NCBI RefSeq assembly: GCF_036321535.1
Contig: NC_087436.1
Coordinates: 95,854,001 to 95,918,000 of the forward strand
DNA: 64,000 bases
DNA from: Camelus dromedarius
Lineage: Eukaryota
Direction: 5' to 3'
The notes under the pieces were generated by a model that saw only the letters and a program-made list of their open reading frames with translations, did no database searches and was not told the DNA's origin. This document shows positions 1 through 13,371 of this stretch, one piece after another (within the stretch, counting starts at the first letter, position 1; each line of letters opens with the position of its first letter). The position numbers and the translations under genes were made by a program.

Positions 1-3000
1 CAAAAGAATGAAAAAGGCATGGAGAGCCTATGGCAGTAGGAAAAATGTCATCCTTAACGTTAAAGGGGTCACGGCCTTGCTGTCCTTCCAGCTCATCAGG
101 CCACACAAGTTTCATTCTCAGTACTAGGCGACTTTAAAAAAAGACGCAATAAGAGTTGAAAGGTAACTGCCAAGTCCGTGAATGGAGAGTGGGGGCCAGA
201 GCTGTGGGCTTGAGCTCAGCAGGAAAGACAGGAAACATGTCACTGTCTTTGCAGATCTGTCCCAGGGCCTGAGTGCTCTCTCAAATGGGAAGGAAGGAAG
301 GTGAGACACAAGTGAGTGTCTGCATTCTGCCTAGAGCACAGCCTCTCAGTTCGAGATGTGTAGACCGGCATGGACTCATGGGGACACCGAGCCTCCCTGG
401 AGCAGGAGCAAGTCCACGCAGCTCAGACTGCCCAGTCCCCAGGTCTCCCCTTAAAGACAGGCACAGAGATACGCCTCCCACAAGGGCCCCCAGACCGGCA
501 GCTCCACCAGGCAGGAGTCCTACAGCGTGGCTCCTCCTTCCCCCACTCCCACCCTCCAGGCTCCTCAACTGACCTCATCCTCACTAGACCAGATATTTTA
601 CAATCAGGAACATTCCTAGAGAACCAACACTGACACCAAAGCTGACGAGATAAAGGCTGGCCAGGAGCTGCTGCTGGGAACAAGAGTTCAAGGCTGGGGC
701 TGAGGGAAGGGCTGGTGTGTGCCCAGGGGGTTCAGAGACTCCCTGACACTCAACCCGATCTACCCTCCACTGATTCTAAAACCACGGAACAAGCATTCCA
801 CCTCCCAAATGGGAACTGTACTCCCTGAGTCCGAAAGATATTTTCAAAAGTGGGACTTCATCTTGGTTTACAAAGATAAGAGGGGGAAAAAAAGAAATAA
901 AGATAAGCCCTAAGGGGAGGAAAGGGGTAAGGTAATCCTGTTAATGTAATTCCCTCCTTTACACCGTTTTAGGAAAACACTTCTATTTCACAGACATCTC
1001 TCGCCAGGGATCTCATCCACTCCCCCAAGGCAAACAAAGATAATTCAATGTACATCTTAGCCCTGAATTCTTTCCTAAAAATTAAAAAATATATATTTCC
1101 TTAAAAAAAAAAAAAAAAAACATAACTCAGATTCTAATCACCTCTTAAGAGTGACCCAGACTTTGGGCACCTTGACTTTAAAACATCCAAAACAAGCCCT
1201 AACACAGGGCTCTCTCAGTTGTTCCCTGAATGCCTTCCAGGTCACTAGTCTGAAGACCTGGGAAGTGGCTTCTACTCTTCTCTTCCCCAATTTTCGATAA
1301 GCTGTCAGGGTATATAGTCTCTCACCAGGAGCCGAGCACCCCAAGCACTAGTCTGAGCCTGAACTTAAGTGAGACCACAGCAAGATCCCCAGACCCCATC
1401 CCACCCACCCTGACCCTGCCCCTGGCTTCTCCCAGTATATATACCCACCCACCCTACTCTACACGGGTGGCCTCATCTCCCAGGAGCACAGCTGGGATGG
1501 CGTCAGCCTACCACTCATAAACTTTCTAGGGCTCCTCTCCAACCTCTACCAAAACACCACCTGCCCAGCCTGACCCACAGAGCCCGCCATGCTGGGGCGC
1601 CAATCACCTCTTCCCTGTGAATTCCCCAATTCACCAGCTTTGGCGGGAGGGAGGGCACTCAGCTCCACTCAGGTACACCCTGGGCTTCCGCTCAGCCGGA
1701 CGTCCACCTCCGAGCCTCTGCTCCCGCTGCCGCTTCCATTTGCTCACCCTCTGGATGGGGCTCTCGAACCACCCATTTCTATTTATTTCATCAAGAAACA
1801 AAGCCTCAGGGGGCTGGAACGACAGGCATCCGGTCACAGGCCAGGCTGGACAGAACCCGACCTCCCCCTTCAGGGCTCTTTTTCTAGACCACGCCAGGTC
1901 CTCTTGATTTGCTTTTAATAGGGATGAAATACAGACTTCGGCTTGAAATTTCCTTATCAGACTAAAACCTCTAAGCCCACCAAAAAAAAAAAGGCACCAG
2001 TGCCCACATTTCCAGTGACTTGGGGGATTTCTCAGACTGACAGCCTCACCGGGTTTGCACTTCCCAGTTTAACTGGGAATATGATGTGGATTTGAAAGGT
2101 TCTGGCACCCAGCCTGGAGTCTGCCCGTAAGGGCTTGAGAGCAGAGTCACTCCTGCCCGCACACAGGAGCCAGCTGGATCCACTGCCTGTGTATTCAATC
2201 AGGATTAAAGAAAAAAAAAAAAATGTTAGATATACAGAGCCCTAAAACCCGCAGAGAAAGGTGCCCCAGGACACCAGAGGCTTTTCATAACACCTACATC
2301 CAAACATATCGCTGGCTCCCAAATGCAAAACAATGTTTTTGAGAAGGACAACATTTAAGGTAACAGTGTACAGCCGGTTCTGACTATCCCTGCTAACTGA
2401 AGTCAACGGTGAGACTGTCGAGTGGGAAGGCTGCTCAGAGGCTGAAGGCTCCCCGGCCCACCTGTCTGTGGAACTTCTGCGCAGGCGCCACTGCACACGC
2501 CCACCGTCCCCTCCGACAGGGCAGGGATTAAGTCCTACTCATCCTGGCATCTGTGCCCCAAGGGTCTGGCACAGAGAAGATCCATGGTCAGTGTGTCCTG
2601 ATCGACACTAACCTTGAAGGAGAAGCTGGCTTTCTTGTTCCAGAATGTCTGGAAATACCACAGGATTCCCCAAGCAGGGGGGTAACTGCAAAGTAATTAA
2701 TACAGAGCTATGCTCTGGTGGTGGAGCACACTGAGCTCTTCCCCTGGGGGTAAAAATCCGGGGATGACAACTGCAACTAGTTTAAACACCACAGAATTGA
2801 TAAACTCAAACCTTGATGTGATGTTCTTTCAGCTACGTTAAAATTGGGTGGTACTACCTTGAATGAAACTCCAGTGTACTCTAAATTCCCATGTGTCACC
2901 TTCAAACACTTTCAAATGTGGGAAGAGAATCCCTTCCATTCACCTAGAAACTGAGCAATATGGCTATTTTTGAAACGCTAAGAGGGTTCTGACCATAGCA

Positions 3001-3779
3001 AAAGCATTAGCAATATTTCATGCTCACTATACAATTAATTTAGTAATAATCCATACACAAGGGGCCACAAACTCATTATTCATAAGGTTTTTGATTTGTG
3101 TTTCTGAAGTCAAATTTTACAATTAAAGTTCTAATATTTTAAATCTGGAAACTTACATATGTAAGAAAAAAAAAAAGAAAACCTGACACAAAAGAGACTA
3201 TCACAATAGGCATGTATAAATGTCCCTAAGCAAATACTGTCCCAAAGAGCTTACAATTTTTTTTCACCTAATGACTGATTTCCTTTGGGTCCACCCTGTC
3301 AAAAGAACTTCCGCAAAATACCATTTGGCTGATTCCCGGCCTTCGGCGGGCCTACAGTTATGAACACTGCTAAACAAATAAACGTCCTTCCTATTTTTAA
3401 AGTTTTCTAAAATTGGAGAATCTCCATCTTTGGTTGGCACACTATTTCCTGGACTTTAACAGTCCTGGCAGTGAAGAAATTCTTCACAGTATTTTGAGAA
3501 ATGAAAGGACTTCAGAAACGGTTGAGCAGCTGCTCCCTATCTCTACTTTAGGGAAAGGGAAACCAAGGCAGAGCTGTAACCCTGAGCAAGGTCACACAGG
3601 AGGCTGGGGGCAGGGGCCCGTGTAATTCTAACTCATTTTCCCCTTATCGCATCTAAATGACTTGTGGCCTGACGAAAGCATTTTACTCTTGTTCTGTACT
3701 GCTGAACCAGAGCTTATGTTTAATTCATGTAGAATATGATAAAACAACAAAAAAAAACTAAACATCATGGTGAGAGCTG

Positions 3780-3930
3780 GGTGATGCAACGAGCTCTGGA
3801 TTAAGAGCCAGGACACCTTGCTTTAATCTTAGCTGTGACTTTGGGGAAACCTCTTCACCTGGAGGACCCAATGTTTTCATCTTTCAAAAGAGGGGACAGA
3901 ACTAATAAGCAACTGTGAAGGTCACCTCCA
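3780..3930 (+). mobile_element. MIR SINE fragment
   Basis: Degenerate MIR core: TAGCTGTGACTTTGGGGAAACCTCTTCACC...TTTTCATCTTTCAAAAGAGGGG. Confidence 0.55.
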
Positions 3931-3954
3931 CCCCTAACTGCAGTGAAGGTGAGG

Positions 3955-4170
3955 GTGATGGCTCACTCTTACTAAGTGCTCAGTCTGAGACAGGCACTCT
4001 TCTAAGTGCATTACGTGGATAAATCCTCAACAGCCTGGAAGACGGCTCTTATGCTCATTTTGATGAACACGTTCATGCTTAGAGAGAAGCAATGTGTCCA
4101 AGGTCACAACTCCACTGGGAACAGATGGAGAGGGGATCTGTCCCAGGCTGGTGGCTCCAGGGACTCTCTC
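3955..4170 (-). mobile_element. MIR SINE
   Basis: CAGGCACTCTTCTAAGTGCATTAC...ATCCTCAACAGCCT...TCCAAGGTCACAAC matches antisense MIR. Confidence 0.6.
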
Positions 4171-5144
4171 TTCCTTATCAGAGGTGAACAACCTAAGAAG
4201 ACCGCCCTGACTTGCAGCAACAGATGTTCCAAACTGACAGCAAGCATCATGATCAATCAGCACAATGTCCTCATTTTTCAGATCAAAGATCCAGGCCCAG
4301 GGAAGTTTAACTTGAAGTGTAAGTCAAGAAACTTAAGGGAAATACAAGGCTACATTCACCCCATTGTGCAGACACTCATCCTGAAGAGTGCTCCACAGTT
4401 TACTTCACTTAACTCATCTCATGTGACACCCAAACAGGACTACCTGGTGGACAGCAGTGATCACCATTCCCAGTGCACCTAACCAAGGCTAAACCAGCCA
4501 ACACAGGGCAAACCTGGGCCTCCAACCCACGCCTTTGCCCTCCTGTCTGGTGTCCTGTCACAGGCTGTAGCAGATGACCACTACGGCAGGACTCTCTGGA
4601 GTGGATTCTTGAAATAAAGAGCACTTTCTCAGGAAGCTGAAGAACTACAAACATGGTTCCTTGGTGCTTTGAAAAGAATATCAGTTAATAAGTGATAACT
4701 CTCTACAGCTCAAAAGGCAACAAGAAAAGTGAAAACTCAGGCTTACGGTCACCTCAAAACTGACCTCTTTCAGTCTATCATTTAACTGTCCTGACCTGCT
4801 CCAATCTTGACCCATCTTCTTTCAATCTTCCTGAAGGTGTGATTTTCCTCTTAGTTCCTGTTTTCTTCTCTCCTTAACCAAGAACATGATGAAATTCAGG
4901 CATTCAAAAAATGCCAGCTCCCTTTCTTGAGTAGCTTCAGTCTTACACACCTATTTTTGAAAGCCACTAAATGTTTTATATTTTACACATCTCACCAATA
5001 GGAGGGGGAAAATGCTCAGCTTTTCAGCAGGAAAGGATAATTTTCTAAGTTCTGACCAGGCTTGTTTCATACCCTGAACATACTGTAATCCCTTTATTAC
5101 AGAAATAACTTAAGTACAACACATAAAAGGTGAATTTAGAACCA

Positions 5145-5325
5145 GGCAATTCGAGCTTTAATGTTAACAGCAGTGACAAGCTGCCTAACTTCTTCTAAAC
5201 TTCAGTTTCTTCATACGCCTTTCCCGAAAAGGGGGAGGAAGGGCTAACACCACTACTTCCGGGATTATCTGGAAGCTGACTGCTCCCGACACAATGGCTG
5301 GCACATAATAACTGCTCAAGTATCT
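5145..5325 (+). mobile_element. MIR SINE fragment
   Basis: CTTCAGTTTCTTCAT...TGGCACATAATAACTGCTCAAG. Confidence 0.5.
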
Positions 5326-7039
5326 AATCACCTCTTCCTTTCTGTAGCTGCGTTAACACTAATGTAATTTTCCCTCCTGTCCAATCCTCTTTGTAAGTGA
5401 CATTTCTCTGAGCAAACTCACTCTCCCTCGTGGGAGAAGAGCTGCACCACACTCACCTGCACCTGCCTCGTCTCCCACGGGACGCCCTCCTGGGAACGGG
5501 AGCCCAGCACTGGGAGCGACGCCACCACACTGGACTTTGGCAACTTCCAATCGTCAAACCCTCAGGCCCTGGTTTCCTCCTGCACACACTCCACACAACT
5601 GGCCTGGCCTCCCAGGCTCCTAAGCGTTTATGACAACGACACCCTTCCCAGGTCAAGGGATTTCCACCCACCCCAACAGCCAACTCACTTCATGCTTCTT
5701 TTCTGTGCCCATTTCCTTGTAGGCACCTTTACTCTGAAATGCACATGCCTACACTCAGATGGCTAAATATTCTGAAGAACAATATACTGATAGATATGCA
5801 TGCTTTTAGATTTAGTAAAATAATTCAGAGGGAAAGCACAAACAAATCAGCAGGGCAACATTACAAAGGTGTGCAAAACCCAGAGGTCTGGGACATTGGG
5901 TTTAAGATCTGCCACAACTAGCTACATGATATTTTTCAAATTAAGTCACCCATTGCCCTGGGACTCAGTATCCCCAGGCAGAAAAGAGAAAGTGGAATTA
6001 CATTCTGGTTACACCAGAATGACCACCACGCTGGCCACAATTACTGACAGGTGTGCCCACGCCCTCGGGTGTGCCGGGGTAAGAGTTGTTCTTGATTCTG
6101 AACCTCCCTATATCTGGGGAATTTACTCAATGTGATGAGCCTTTCCCAAGGTTAAAGATCGCTGGTCTCAAAAACAAGGCCCACAGAGTTAGAAAGCAAC
6201 ACAGTAATTCTGAAACATGGTAGAAAACTACCAAGAGTATTTCCTAACTATTCTGTCTCATAATCCATCACATCGATGACCTACAACTCACCTTTCTTTA
6301 AAGATTTAGTGAGCTCAGATCTCCTCTCCTCTAAGTCTCCCCATCTCTTTAGCTGAGTGACCCCTGTGCATACATCTGTATTATCACACTAAATAAATTA
6401 TCTTTACAGGGTCCCTCTCCCTGTTGAATCACAAGTTGCTCAAAGGCTCAGCCCGTGTCCTACTCCTCTCTGGATCCACAGCACCTACCACCACACATGT
6501 GCAAAGACCACAGACCAACTGCAAACTCAACCTTGTTTTAAATAGTTGACATTTGCAGATGGTCTTCATAATTTTTTACACAAATTTTAACATTATTCAA
6601 TTTTAAAATAGGACCTATAAACAAGAGATAAATACAGAATACCTTATTAATTTTATAGATGAGAAAAGTTCAGCAAAGTTAACTTAGCCCAGCTCAGCCA
6701 AAGTGAGTGAACAAGACTTGTGAGTCTAATCCCACTATAACACACAACAGATACAAAAATAATCTGCAGAAGTACCAAAGTGCACAAAAACTGAGGAAGT
6801 TCTTTTTCATTATGTCTTTCTTATAAATCTAACAAAATAGTGTAGACTGCTGGTTCATCTTTCTTCCATTAGCAAATTCAGAGGTAACAGAAATAATGGA
6901 AAAATGAAAGATACTTAACACTAGATTCACTTTTATAAATGTTCCTGAATACCAATGTATATTATGAAATAAAATTCAAAAAACTAATTTATTATTTCTA
7001 TTCCTTAAAAAGGATCAAAAGAAAGGGACAGCTTCACAT

Positions 7040-7855
7040 AATGTATCATTAGGGAAATGTAAATTAAAGCAACGAGATACCATGAAGTACCTATTCGAAC
7101 GGGCACAATCCGGAACACTGACAAGACTAAATGCCGACAAGGATGCGTAGTAGCAGGAACTCGCTCATTCATTGCTGGTGGGAATGCAAAATGGTATGGC
7201 CACTTTGAAAAACAGTTTGGCAGCTGCTTACAAAACTCAACATCTTCTTACCACAAGCTCTCCAGTCATTCTTCTTGATGTTCACCCAAAGGAGTTGAAA
7301 ACGTTCTGTCCATACAAAGACCTGTACAAAGATGTTTACAGCAGCTTTATTCATAACTGCCAAAACCTGGAAGCAACTGAGATGTCCTTCTGTAGATGAG
7401 TGGATAAGCTCTGGTACATCCAGACAGTGTAATATTATTCAGTGCTAAAAAGAAATGAGTGCTCAAGCCATGAAAAGACACTGGAGAAACTTACATGTTT
7501 ACTAAGTGAAAGAAGCCAATCTGAAAAGTATGTATACTTTAAGGTTCCAACTAGATGACAGAGGATGTTTGGGGCAGTGAAGCTACTCAGTGAGATATTA
7601 CAGATACATGCCCTTATGCATTTGTCCAAACACATAGGATGTACAATACCAAGAATGAACCACAGTGTTAACTATGGACTTCGGGTGATAATGATGTATC
7701 AATGCATAGTCATCAATTATGACAAATGTACCACACTGGTTGGGGATACTGATAATAGTGGAGGCCGTGCATGTGTGGGAACTGAGATTAGATGGAAAAC
7801 TTCTATACCTTCTGCTCAATTTTGCCATGAACCTAAAATTGCTCAAAAAATAAAG
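7040..7855 (+). mobile_element. LINE-1 3' fragment (L1MC-like): ORF2 end plus 3'UTR
   Basis: TCATTAGGGAAATGTAAATTAAA...TCATTCATTGCTGGTGGGAATGCAAAATGGTA...AAGTGAAAGAAGCCAATCTGAAAAG...GAACCTAAAATTGCTCAAAAAATAAAG. Frames are broken. Antisense to the proposed gene. Confidence 0.9.
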
Positions 7856-8669
7856 ATCAGATTAGGGAATCTGTCTAGGGGAACAAACTATAATTCAGTT
7901 TTTTCTCATGATGAGATCTGCTCCAGGATCAGTGTTCTGTTGTGGATTAGGTGAGGCTTCTATCCCTGCTTTTCTCCCTTCTCTCTTAGTAAAACCGACG
8001 TGTGCCCAAGTTATTGTCACTCTAAGTAACTCGAGAGCCCAAAGCCCAGAGAGAGGCTGCTGCCACTGCCAGACAAAAACGCCCCATGAAAAGTGCTGCT
8101 GAAATCCTGGTGGAAGCTACACCAACTTAGCAGAGGCAGCAAATTTTTCAAATTCAAGGAGTGGTTTCATTATGGCAAGTTCTTCCCTCTTTATTAAACT
8201 CAAACATTCACTAATTAAAGGTAATAAAAGTCTACAGACCAAAAAAAAAAAGTTAATATATATTTTTAAATATTCCATCACATTAACCAGGGTCACAACT
8301 TCAGTGACAAACCAACATCAGACTGACTTTAAGCAAGACAGCAGGGGAACTGCCACCTACATACCAGCTATGGTCAGACTCACACCTCACAGCAAGGCTG
8401 CTGTGCACCAGTGAACAGGAGAGAAAGTCCAAGTGGTCAGAGGCACCCAAGGTGGGCTGGTCCAGTCTGCAGGAAGCCGCAAAGCTAAGCAAATAAGCCC
8501 AACGCCAGGACACAACTGTGCCTGAAAGCTGCGGTTAGAAGCAGCTGAGCACAGGACAAACCGTGCTTGTATTCAACACAGAAGGAGCGATTCGGCATCC
8601 AGTCATTTGCACCAATCTCAGACACTGGGTCACAACCATTTCAAAAGATAAAAAACAATTATATATCCA

Positions 8670-9215
8670 AGGTATCACTATCACCTCCTGCCTGAACCAC
8701 ACCAGCCTTCTAAATGGTCCCCTCTGCTTCCACGCAAAGTAGACATCACTCCTCTCTCTCAGGCCCACTGCACTTAAAAGCAAGTCCTGCACAGCCTGGC
8801 CCAGGTTACCCTCCCGACTCAGCCCATCTCTCCTCAGCAGCCTCCTTTCTGCTGCTCTGCCAGGCCCACGGCCTCATTCCCTGCTGTTCCCTCTTCCTGC
8901 AACATGTCTAAGGCCCCTTACCAGTCAGATGAAATGCCACCTCCTCGCCACCCCAGCCCCCAGTCACTCTCTACCAAACCACCTTGTTAACTTTCCTAAC
9001 ACTCACCCCCCACACCTGCAATTACTTTGTTCATCTGTTTGCTTCCTTCTTTGCTGTCTCTTCTGCCTGGAATTTGAGCTCCATGAAAACAGGGACCTGG
9101 TCCTGCCTGTTTACTGCTCCATCTCGAGCTCCTCAAACAGTACCTGGCACACAGTAGGTGCTCAATAACTATATCTGTGTTGAACACATTTATTAAATGA
9201 CGTGTTGAATGAATA
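8670..9215 (+). mobile_element. LINE-2 3' end
   Basis: Ends GAGCTCCATGAAAACAGGGACC...CAGTACCTGGCACACAGTAGGTGCTCAATAA...TGTTGAATGAATAA. Confidence 0.8.
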
Positions 9216-11899
9216 ATGACTATAAACCCATGTTTTAAGCAAGGCCAAAATAAGAAAAACCTAGCTTTACATAAGGTATTAACTAGTGACTGAGTAGAGT
9301 TTACAAAAGGATTCCTTCCCTAATGCATTTTTAAATATTTGACTTACAAAGCTTCAGTGCACACACTTTTTAGAAGATAAACCTTTTGTGCAAAATGAAC
9401 TAACTCCTTCAGGGCATGGACAGTGCCTGGTACACAGAAGGCACCCACTAAACATCTGCTGAATACATACACAAGCACTGGAAAATAACCTCATACAAAA
9501 CTGCACCTGGATTTGAGAACACGGCAAATTTAGGTATATTTAGGTCCCATTTTCCATTCCATCTGATAAACTGACATATATATTTAAAATAGGCTAGTTT
9601 GAGATACTAGCAATACTCTCAGCCATTATCTTCACAGGCAGGTGCAGATCCAAGGAAATTCAGAAAGTTACCTGGCAGTTTTGTTGCCATTAGTCTTACC
9701 AACAAGCACATGGATGCACAGAAACAACAGAAATACTCAAAGCTGCCAGGTTGTTGGCGGTATCTGTGGACTTAGTACAAAAATCACAAAGATTGAGAAA
9801 TTTGTTTTTATTTATACACTGTAATTTATGTAAAAACTCAAGTGTCCCCAGTGAAAGAGTAATCAAGCAACCACACCTCTATAAAACCGGGCCCCATTTT
9901 TGACAGAAGGTATATACCTGCCTTAAAGTTCCAGGACATGTCTAATTTTAAAAAGCATATCTTAATTTTTCTTTTAACAGATAATTTCTTTGAAATAAAC
10001 TTCTTCCCTGTTTTGGCTTTATTCTTACACCATGAAATTACTTAACTCGACATGTTCAATATTCACACACTATTAACGCATCACCCAAGAAAAACAAAGT
10101 CATGTCCACCTGCATCAAATGAGACCCACTCCCCCTCCCCTTCTTCTTCCTGACCAGGTGTTGAGCTGCAGTTTACACAAGTCAAAACAGAAATTAGATG
10201 TGCAAGTGTTTGTGCAAGAGGTGTGTGCTCATGCGTATTTGTGTGTTCCTGAAGGACCACTCTAAGGTCTAATATAAATGCACTTTGAGAATATGCACAT
10301 TGTGTGTATAATCTGTGCCTCTTGCTTCTACTTTTTAAAAATTTCCTAGTCTATAATGCAAAGTGTGTTAATGACTTGTCTCTTAACCGAACACCACAGA
10401 AAGCCACTCTTACAATCTGTAACCCCAAGAAATGAATTTTCAAAGAGTAACTTCATATTCTAAAAGTTCTCACATAATAACACATTGTCTACAAAAATCA
10501 ATTACAGGATGCAATTTACAATAGCACCACACCTAGAAGAAATTAAATATAAATGAACTACACTCTTAAAAATTATGCTGACAGCTGATAGATAACTTTG
10601 CTCCAAAAACATTTCATAGTTTTTTTGTTGTTGTTGTTCTGTAGTTTAAACAATTTTGGAATAGAATGATTCGCAACTCAGATCAAGTTAGCAACATGCT
10701 GTTCATTTACATGAACTTTTCAAAAGTACTGCCAGTTGGAGAAAGCTGACAACCCTTGTAAAAGTCCTTTTTTTTTTTTTAAATAAAGATTTGGTCTGTT
10801 TTCACTGTCACCTCCGTAGGCCAGTGTAAACAAGAGTCCATCTCATTCCTATAGTGAAAAGCATCTTATTAAATGTTTTAGGAAAGTAAATAAAACTACA
10901 AAACAGTACTAGAAGTTTTTTTTAATTTACTTCTTGATTTTGGAATAAAACAACATAATGAATCTTTTTTCCCCTCCCTTTGGCCTTACAGTATAGAATT
11001 ATAATATAAACGTAGATTCAAGTCCTCCACCTAGAATGAGTCAGTAAAATGTATTCAGGCAACATACCCTGCATTACATTTTAAACTATGTACCATTTTA
11101 AAATTGTAGCATTATTTATAAAAGCCAACTAGTATCACTTCAAGCCACAAAATCTGGACATTATTAATTTTTCTTCAGTACAAAACTACCTGATAACAAC
11201 TCAAAACTTGTTTGAAAGTCATTCCACTTTACTACTACTGATGTTTCAGGAAATGAAGATTCTGGTGAGGATGGGAAGATAGTACCTGTCTAGCAACTAC
11301 TGTTATCTGGTTTCTGTGTCTCCATTTTGTTATCACTTAAATGATAGGCAAAGCCTTATCTGTAACATAAAAAGGTATTTGTAAAAATGTACTTTAAAAC
11401 TCTAAAAAGCACAGCCTCATAACTAGAGACACCACCACCTAATTATGACTTGTAAAGGGTCACAGACGGGCTAACGGATTCTCTCCATACGAGTTTATTG
11501 CTCAACCAACCGGCCATATAACCAAGCTCTGCTAGGGGCCAGCAAAGTCAGGAGTCGTGGGCGCGAGAAAGGGGCCCTGTTAACCCGCCGCCCTTAGAGG
11601 CTTCGAGAGCTGTATCATTCTAAACACACAAACACCTGGTACTCCGGGAGGAAACTAGTCTATAACTGCCTTCCCAAACTGGTGGGAACTCTAGAAATCC
11701 ACTCCAACAGCGGAATTAGCCCGGACTTGTAACACTTAGATATTCTGAGGCGCCAATGTTCTGAAAAGAAAACTTTAAGGAAATACAAGGTAAAGAACTT
11801 ACATTTAAAATTCAGATGCCAAAACTTGCCCTTGGAAACCGAGGAATTAAAAACAAGACAGACACCCTCTAAGCGAGTTCAGCCTTTTGGCAACCTCGG

Positions 11900-12800
11900 T
11901 GTCCTATTCCAGACAACCAAGCACAAACCTGTATCCAGGAGGCGGACACGCAAGGTCCCGCCGCCGGGAAACATCCAGTGGTGAATCCACGGCGCGAGGG
12001 AGTCTGCCGGGGCCGAGCCTCACTCTCCGGATCTGTGAAATGGGCGTGACGCCACTGGCCCGTTCGCCCCAGGGGGAAGAAAGGCTAATGAATGAAAACC
12101 ACGGTGAACAACCCGGGCCGCGCGGGCCGCTTCCCCCGCGGTCAGATCCCCCACCGCACCCGCAAGCCGCAGGCGCTCCCCGCGCTCCGGGCCCCCCACT
12201 GCCCGACCGTTACCACTGTTCGCCCAGCCGTCCGCTACGGTAGCGGACGCCGGCCCGACGCGGCCCCGACGCCGCCTACCTTGGCCACCCAGCTGAACAA
12301 TGGTGACATCGCGGGCCGGGCGGCGGCTCGTCGCCCGCCGCTCCCGCTCACTCGCGCCGCCGGCCCGTGGGGCGGCGGGCAGCCGGGGGCGGGCTCGGGG
12401 CGCGGCGGGGCCCGGGCATGGCTTCCCCCGCTGCGGCGGCGGCGGCGGCGGGCTCCTCCCCACTCGTCACTGCCCGGAGAGGTCGCGCCCGCGGGGCTGC
12501 CCGGCTGAGAAAGGGAAGTGGGTGGGGAGAGCCGGGGGGAGGGGAGGGGAGGGAGGGGAGGGAGCGCGGCCGACCCCGCCCCCACCCCGCCCACCCCCCA
12601 CGCTCGGCTCGCGGCGGGAAGTTGGGACCCGCGGGGTTTGCCCTCCTCCGGGATGCCCCGGGGCGCGGGGCTACCGGGGGAGGAGTCGTGAACCCAGAGG
12701 GCCGGGGACGCGGCTTTCTAGGCCTCTGGGGTCCCTTTCGCCCAACTTTCAGAAAACTAGGAATTCCTCTCTCTGAGGCTTGATAAAAGCCCTAGAATTG
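11900..12800. promoter_or_regulatory. CpG island / promoter of a minus-strand gene
   Basis: Very GC- and CpG-rich block in an otherwise CpG-depleted window. It has a (GGC)n tract near 12434-12451, Sp1/KLF GC boxes (CCCCGCCC) at 12574-12592, and a minus-strand splice donor inside the island. Confidence 0.92.
12280..12309 (-). CDS. Putative coding part of a first exon, MSPLFSWVAK, phase 0; gene not identified
   Basis: Minus strand reads CCCGCG ATG TCA CCA TTG TTC AGC TGG GTG GCC AAG|GTAGGC, with a purine at -3, exactly 10 codons and a strong 5' splice site. The segment is noticeably less GC-rich than its flanks. The exon is better supported than its translation, so it could be 5'UTR. Confidence 0.55.
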
Positions 12801-13371
12801 GAGCGAACACAAAGCCCGCCCAATTTTCCAGGGGTTACCTCCCCCACAACCCCGAGTGTTTCTTAAACGCTCGAGATTGCTGGTAACAAAAGAGCTAGTG
12901 TTTCCCTGGCTCCTAATACCTTTATGTAATCAAAGGTGGTTTTCTTGGAGTCAGAAAACTCAACTGTTGAGACTAGAAAAGGGGCGGTGGAAAAATAACC
13001 TTCAGTTCCTGCCAGGGAGGTTTTAGCAATGTGAGAAATGTTGGTTTCAACAGGTTTTTTTTTCCCCCTCCTAAGGCAAGATGATAAGCAGTGTAGTCCG
13101 TTTATAGCTGCAAAGGTTAAGCTGAGTTTCAAATTCAGATACCCAAAAGTTGCACATTGAAGAAAAAAAAAAAAAGGCCAAAGGTCGCATTAATAGCCAA
13201 TGTGTAACATACGTGTCATGTTAAGCCACTCGCTGCGTTCCTCAGGCCAAACCGCCGCCCTAGCCCCAGGATCTGATGCTTTCCTTTTGTCATATTAATT
13301 GTGTCTTTTCTTCATGAGGGGCCGTAGGACATTTTAATGATGTTCCCCGAATGCCTGGCATCTCAGTTAGA

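Noticed and set aside
11797..11806. Second minus-strand donor-like AAT|GTAAGT
   Set aside because: Isolated motif with no supporting exon start. Such matches are frequent by chance.
11887..12783. Six overlapping 118-158 aa ORFs on both strands
   Set aside because: Stop-codon depletion in a GC-rich island gives low-complexity Pro/Arg/Gly/Ala translations. Only the 10 codons before the donor are supported.
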